Of a stretch of DNA of 64,000 nt, positions 58,356-64,000 are shown in pieces. The notes below the pieces were generated by a model, which saw only the letters and a list, made by a program, of their open reading frames with translations, searched no databases and was not told the origin of the DNA. The stretch is from positions 49,476,001 through 49,540,000 of the forward strand of contig CM060734.1 of assembly GCA_030704615.1 (NCBI GenBank). Reading direction: 5' to 3'. This DNA is from Takakia lepidozioides (taxonomy: Eukaryota > Plantae > Bryophyta). The first letter of the stretch is position 1. Each line of letters starts with the position of its first letter. The translations under genes were made by a program, and so were the position numbers.

Positions 58356-61300
58356 TGTTAGAGGGCTGCTTGGGACTTAGACGCTTTTATGGGTTCTGTG
58401 GGGTACCCTTAATTTTTGCGCAGACTGAGACCAACAGGAGCCTTAGGTATGGCAGGAGCAGGCTTTAGGGGGGTTACACAGCCCGACACAGCTTCACACA
58501 GCCAATCACAGCCCGACACAGCTTTACACAGCCAGTCACAGCTTGACACAGCCTGTCACAGTACATGAGGAACAATTATCATTGATAGGGAACGATTGTG
58601 TGGGAACAACATCTGCAGAGGGAACGTGTTACTTCAGGGGTGACGGTTAGTTAGTTAGGTGGTTAGAACAGCTTGCGGGTAGATTAGGCGGAGCGGCAAT
58701 AGGAAGGGGATCACTTCTTGAGGAGGGTGACTTGTTCAGGGGAGACGTAACGGAGAGCGGAAACAGTGAAGAGGAGATGATGACTTGAATGAGGCTTAGT
58801 TCATGCAAGCTGTAAAATTATACAGTAGGGTAGAATAGAGACACCATGGCATAGGCATGATACATGATAAATCTTAATCCGATACTGAATCGATACAAAC
58901 ATACTCTGTAGAGAGACACGAAAGAAGCTGTGGAATGAATGCATGATTAATTGGAACTTAGTAGATACTGAAGCATCAGAGATACTGAAGCAATCTGATG
59001 CTTCAGTATACACGGTAAGGTAAATTGAAACATGAAGGCAGGAAGGAATACAAATAGGAAGCACAACCATGATTCACTAGCTGCAGGTCATGACTGATTG
59101 TTCTGAGCGGGCTGAGTGCTTAGAGATATCCAACTCTTCTATCTTGGAGTTTCCACCTCGGATAGCGAAGGGATGGGTGAGTAACAGCCGCTCGACATTT
59201 GGCGACCATACTGGGGAACTGGGTCATGAACAACCAGATGTGACAGGCATCTGGTGGGATCATGGCGGTTGGAGAATTAAAGAATTTGATGTGAATCAAA
59301 TTCCCTTTGGAACTGAGAAGGAAAGATTGTCCAAACAATTCTTTCAGAGGTTCTTGGAATTGCCAGACGGTTGTAAAGAAAACATTCTTAAGAGAGTACA
59401 TGATGCTGACCCCGAGTGGGGTCTGGAGAAAGGAGTGATAAAGATTTATCAGGTGGCCTGTAGAGGAAAAGCACATTGGTTACCAACACTGGTTTATGTG
59501 ATAGCATTGCTATCCATTAAGCGAGTAGAGTTTGAAGGCTGGGAGGAAAGAAAGGTGAATGTTTATACTCATATGCATGAAGAGCTTGTACTGGTAAAGA
59601 ATTGGATTCCAAAGGATATTTTGTGGATCAAACTCACACCAAGAACAGCTTTTCAGACTTGTTTGCCATAAAGTTATATGGTAACGGAGACTTCTAGTAT
59701 AGCCAAGGTGCATTGAAGCTTGAAAGAAACCCAGGCATATACGAGAGATACTACAGAAGAGAGTTTTGGTTATTGCCACATTAAAGAAATGAAAGACATG
59801 GGACATGAGTGATGAAAGAGAAGCTAGACTCCAGAGATATTCAGCAAAAAGAGAAAGTTATCTGAAAGCTAATTATCCATATCTTTGGGAGAGAGGAATA
59901 GACATAGGGGAATCATCTGGACCTCTCACACCATTAAGATCAGAGAGTACATCACCCATACCAGAAGAACTAGAGTTGGATGCCACTCCTTCTTTTTCTT
60001 TGCACGAAAGATTAAGGGAATTGGTACAGAAAGAAGATCAACCACGAGGTGAAAGATCTGAGGTACATCCCTGGATAAAAGATTTGACAGAAATCTTTGA
60101 TAAGAGTTGGCATGGAACACCAAAAGCAGGAACTCTAGTTTCTGAAACGGAAGACGAAGAAGGAGGAGAGGATGTGGCAGAGCCAACGGAGAGTTCAGAC
60201 TCTCCAACACCATTGCAATTGAGTTACATGAGTGAAGAAGAAGAAACCCAAGGGCAAAACTTGGAAGATGAAAACAGAGAGAAGAAATTGGAAGAGGAAG
60301 AGTATGAAGAAGTAGACCCAACAGCTGAGGTTGAGACTACAACCAGAACATCCCAACCCGTTGGACCTGGATCAAGTGGAGCACTTGGATCACAGGCCAA
60401 TGAAGTGTCGGCTTAGGGGGATCAGGCAGGCAGCCTGGATTTGGCTCTGGGGGGACAGGGAGTGTGGGAAGTAGTGCAACTGGAGCTGGGAATACTGTGA
60501 ATATAGTGGGGCTAGTAGCAGGGAGTGCTCAGGGGCCAGCACTTGGTGGAAGTTCCACCACAACTATAACAGGTCCTCAAGGACCAGCACCTGTCAGTGG
60601 GCAGGGGGTAGGGCCACAGATGGCGTTACAGCCAACACGGGCAAAACCACATTTTCCAATATATTCAGGAAAAGGGGATCCTGATGTACACATTAGCCAA
60701 TTTGAGCACATGTGTATTGTGAACAATGAGAATGGCGATGATGCCAAGATGAGATTGTTTCCTTGTTCACTTATCAAGAAAGCAAGTGAATGGTATGCAA
60801 GATTCCCTGATAATCATTTCCTAGCCTGGAATGGCTTGAATACAACATTCCGAAATAGGTTCAGGACAAGTAAAACTGAGGATGAAGTGTATGGAAGTTT
60901 ACAACAGTTAAAGCAAAAGAAGCATGAAACTATTGAGGAGTATATGGAAAAGATGGAATTGATGATGAAAAAGCTGGCTGTTGTACCAGCACCAGGTTTA
61001 CAGAAGACTTAGTTTGTGAGTGGACTAAGACCAGAGTTGCAAAAGAAAGTGGATATGTTACCCCATAATACAGTGGAGGAGGCATTTGAAACAGCGAACA
61101 GAATTGAGCAATTGGGAATGCTCAGGAGAGAGAAAAGGGATGATGAGGACTCTGAGGATGAGTCAGATGAGGAAGAAGAGCAAGAGCTTAAGAAGAAGAG
61201 TAAGAGGAAGGAAAAGTTGAAGAGGGATAACTATGAGAAAAGATTAGAAGAAATCTTGAAGAAGTATGCCATAGAGGCTGCAACACATTGGAGGAAGGGC

Positions 61301-62582
61301 GTTTGGTGTGCAAAATGCCAGAATGAAGGCCATACCACCATTGAATGCCACATGAAGGAGAAACATTGTACTATCTATAAAATGGATAACCATTCTACTG
61401 AGAATTGTTACTACAACAGAAGGACAGCAGCTAGAGAACCTAGGCAAGTAAGGGTGCATCAAGTGCAGCCCTAGCCAAGAAGAAACAGTGATCAGGACCA
61501 CTATGGTAGGCCTGGTGGTTATAACAATGGCATGAAAGGGAGAGGTAATCCAAGAGGGAATTACCAAGGAAATTCCAGAGGCAATTATCAGGGTAATCCA
61601 AGGGGGAATTACCAGCCAGGGAATCAGGATTACAGAAACAATCCCAGAACAGACCAAGGGCGAGGACCTAATGGGGAAGAACTGTGTTACTATTGTAATC
61701 AGGCAGGACATCGCAAGGCAGCCTATTCATTCTGGATTAGACACCAGAATGAGATGAGAGCTCCTGTGAATGAGGGCCCAGTGGTGGCAGCTCACATGGT
61801 TAGGCCATGTGTTGTACCAGAAGTAAGTACAATGATAGTAACAAGAAGCAAAGCCAAACTAATACCTCCAGTAGTTGAGGAAGATGATGATAATGAAGGT
61901 GGCAGTGATATGCCTAGAGATGATGAGGCTTGGAGAGATGAGAAGGAACTGCACAAGGAAGTGGCAGATACCATAAGGGAAATGCAGAAGAGTACTGATA
62001 TTCCTGTGGCAGATTCCTCTGATTCTGATGGAGAAGAAGAAGTGAGTGAGGATGAAAGGAAGAAAGAAGTTGCAGACATGCAAAGTAATGAAGGGACTTT
62101 GGCTGAAGTAATATGCCAGACCAAAGCAGAGATTACCATTGGATAGCTATTGGCTGTCGCACCTTATTGTAGACACATGCTGTATCAAGCAATCAATCGA
62201 ATTGCCCAGGAGACAGGAAATACAGACCTGAACAGCAAGGTGACCAGTTATAATGTGAAGCCGGAAGGGCGAGAAACAGTCATGGACTTTGATGATTCTA
62301 TGCAAGTAATCCAATTGAGAATTGGATGCACAGAACCAACTGATGTACTGATAGATGGGAGGTTCTGGCGTGAATATCATGACAGACCAATTAAGGCAAA
62401 AGCTTGGTCTAAGTAACATGAAACCAGCCCCATTTACGGTAACAATGGCAAATCAAAGAAGTGTACAGCCATTGGGATTGATAAGAGGAGTTAAGATACA
62501 GATTCAAAAGATGATCTTTATGATCACAGTAACTGTGTTGAAAATGGATGAAGTCATGGAAGCTTACTCCTTATTGCTGGGT
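58356..62582 (+). mobile_element. non-chromovirus gypsy 5' part: LTR 58356-59197, PBS, 5' extra ORF, gag with three zinc-knuckle-like motifs, protease; 3' truncated
   Basis: TGTTAG...CGACA, PBS TGGCGACCATACTGGGGA, gag PHFPIYSGKGDPDVHISQF, CAKCQNEGHTTIEC, CYYCNQAGH, (GN.RGNYQ)n, protease DGGSG. Several stops. Confidence 0.92.
59200..59217 (+). promoter_or_regulatory. primer-binding site, probably tRNA-Arg type; identical copy at 39303-39320
   Basis: TGGCGACCATACTGGGGA lies 2 nt after the LTR CA and resembles Ogre/Tat Arg PBSs. Confidence 0.7.
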
Positions 62583-62584
62583 TG

Positions 62585-64000
62585 ACCATCATGAATGCAG
62601 GTACTGCAAGTTCTCCCTTTTGGAGAAAGGTCATCTGTCTTTCGAGCCACCATTCTTCCTGGCATGGAGGAACCCTGGGGCTGACTCCATGTACACTGAC
62701 GATATTGTGAAGGAGTGGCATCTGGAACATTTGCGTGATTGCCCTTGGTATGTGGACCTTCCGCCCGGCTCGCTCGACCCATCCAAGTTTCAATTGAAGC
62801 TGGATGCTGAATTCCGACGAAACCGGGCTCCGCTGCCTCCGTTGGGTGCAAAAGAGGCAAAAGCGCTTGCGAACTCCAGGAAAGCGGCAGAGCTTGCTCA
62901 GGCAGGAATTCAGGAGAAATTGCATGAGAAGAGTAAAGGCCAAAGGAAAAGGACAAGGAAACAGGTGAGTGCAGTAACACCCAAAAAGAAGAAAACCATC
63001 GGGGCATCGGAGGAGGCGCAGGAGGGGACCCAAGAGAGTGACTCGGACGACGACTTTGTTCAAGTCCTGCGACTGCTGTTGCTCCTACCCAGTCACCGGT
63101 CGTCCGGGTTCCCAAGTCAGTTCGGAGTGGGACTGGCTCTGCCAAGAAGTTGGCATTTGAGGGCGAACCTACACGGCGGTATTCGGCGGTGACGTTTACG
63201 CACAGGCCAAAGCTAGAACCTCCAACCATCATCCAATGCGTCAATGAGAGCTTCCTTGACGCTCTCGCTGCCAGGGCGAAGAAGGTGGCACACAACAAGT
63301 CTCTGGCGGAGCAGAAGGGGAAAGCCAAGAAGAGGGCTGGCGGTACAGAGCCTAAAGACACCCCTGGTTTTGAAGCCATGATGGAATTCTTCACGGCTGT
63401 GAGCACGAATTGCAAGAGCACTCGGGGGGGGGGGGGGGGGGGGTTGAGGTGGAGAGAGCTTGCGACATGATTCTCCTCGACATTCCAGATGGGGAGCTGC
63501 TGGAGGGCCTGGATGGTGTGCCCACCTGGAACAGGTTTACTGAAGGCTACTGGAAAGCCGGGTTTGGGCTGGCGGGGATGCTTCTGGATGACGGTGGATG
63601 TGTGGTTGTCCTTGCCACGAGAGGGAAGACCACAGAGAATGCAGTGGCAAGGTGGACACCGAAAAGTGTCACCCCGGTCCTCCTCAGAAAATGGTTTTGC
63701 ATCAGTACACAGGGGTTGCGAACAGAGGGCCAAAGTGTAAGTTATCAATCTATTGCATTCACTTCATATTGTGGTGTATGTTAAGTAGACCCTGGAGTTG
63801 ATCCTTCTTTGTTGGATGTGCAGACATTGGTGTTTGAGGCATATTGCTTTGTGAAGAGAGGGTCTACGTTCAAATTCCGCAACGACGGTTGTCTTGTTGA
63901 TGCCGCTGTGGACCCTGTAACCTACGATGTCCTCTACAACTATGTGCCCCACTCCAGTATGCCGAAGGACACCAAGACAGGCAAACCGTGGCGGTACAGC
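62585..64000 (+). pseudogene. beta-class N4-cytosine/N6-adenine DNA methyltransferase-like gene, frameshifted, running off the window; intron 63737-63823
   Basis: IIQCVNESFLDAL..., then CDMILLDIPDG..VPTWN..GMLLDDGGCVVVL (motif IV DPPY-like and following strands). It splices in frame to TLVFEAYCFVK..DVLYNY..GKPWR. A poly-G tract at 63424-63443 shifts the frame. Confidence 0.55.

Noticed and set aside
58118-58361. Hydrophobic C-terminus of ORF 57291-58361 as a membrane anchor
   Set aside because: It is read-through into an inverted gag fragment.
62564-63748. 394-aa minus-strand ORF
   Set aside because: Antisense shadow of a GC-rich plus-strand coding region that has the motifs and splice sites.

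Overview
Eukaryotic nuclear DNA from a land plant with flagellated sperm, most likely a moss or other bryophyte. This is inferred from a radial spoke protein 3 gene, PLS-class PPR genes, OBAP and LOG genes, GT-AG introns and Tcn1/Galadriel-type chromoviruses. A gene island at about 18-38 kb holds OBAP/DUF1264, a PPR with a decayed DYW domain, an intronless TRF-like MYB, RSP3 and LOG. It is flanked by nested, decayed transposons: Dualen/RandI-like, RTEX-like and L1 LINEs, two chromoviruses, hAT elements, and several copies of a non-chromovirus Ty3/gypsy family. Four observations stand out. (1) A PCIF1/CAPAM-like methyltransferase domain lies upstream of RNase H in the Dualen-like LINE. (2) A spliced ParB/Srx-like gene and a prokaryote-type beta-class N4C/N6A DNA methyltransferase-like gene lie on either side of an LTR insertion. 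(3) An extra ORF starts inside the gypsy LTR, reads through the PBS and differs between copies mostly at synonymous sites. (4) An inverted duplicate of the RSP3 5' region sits between the divergent PPR and TRF-like genes. All homology calls come from motif recognition by eye; no searches were run.
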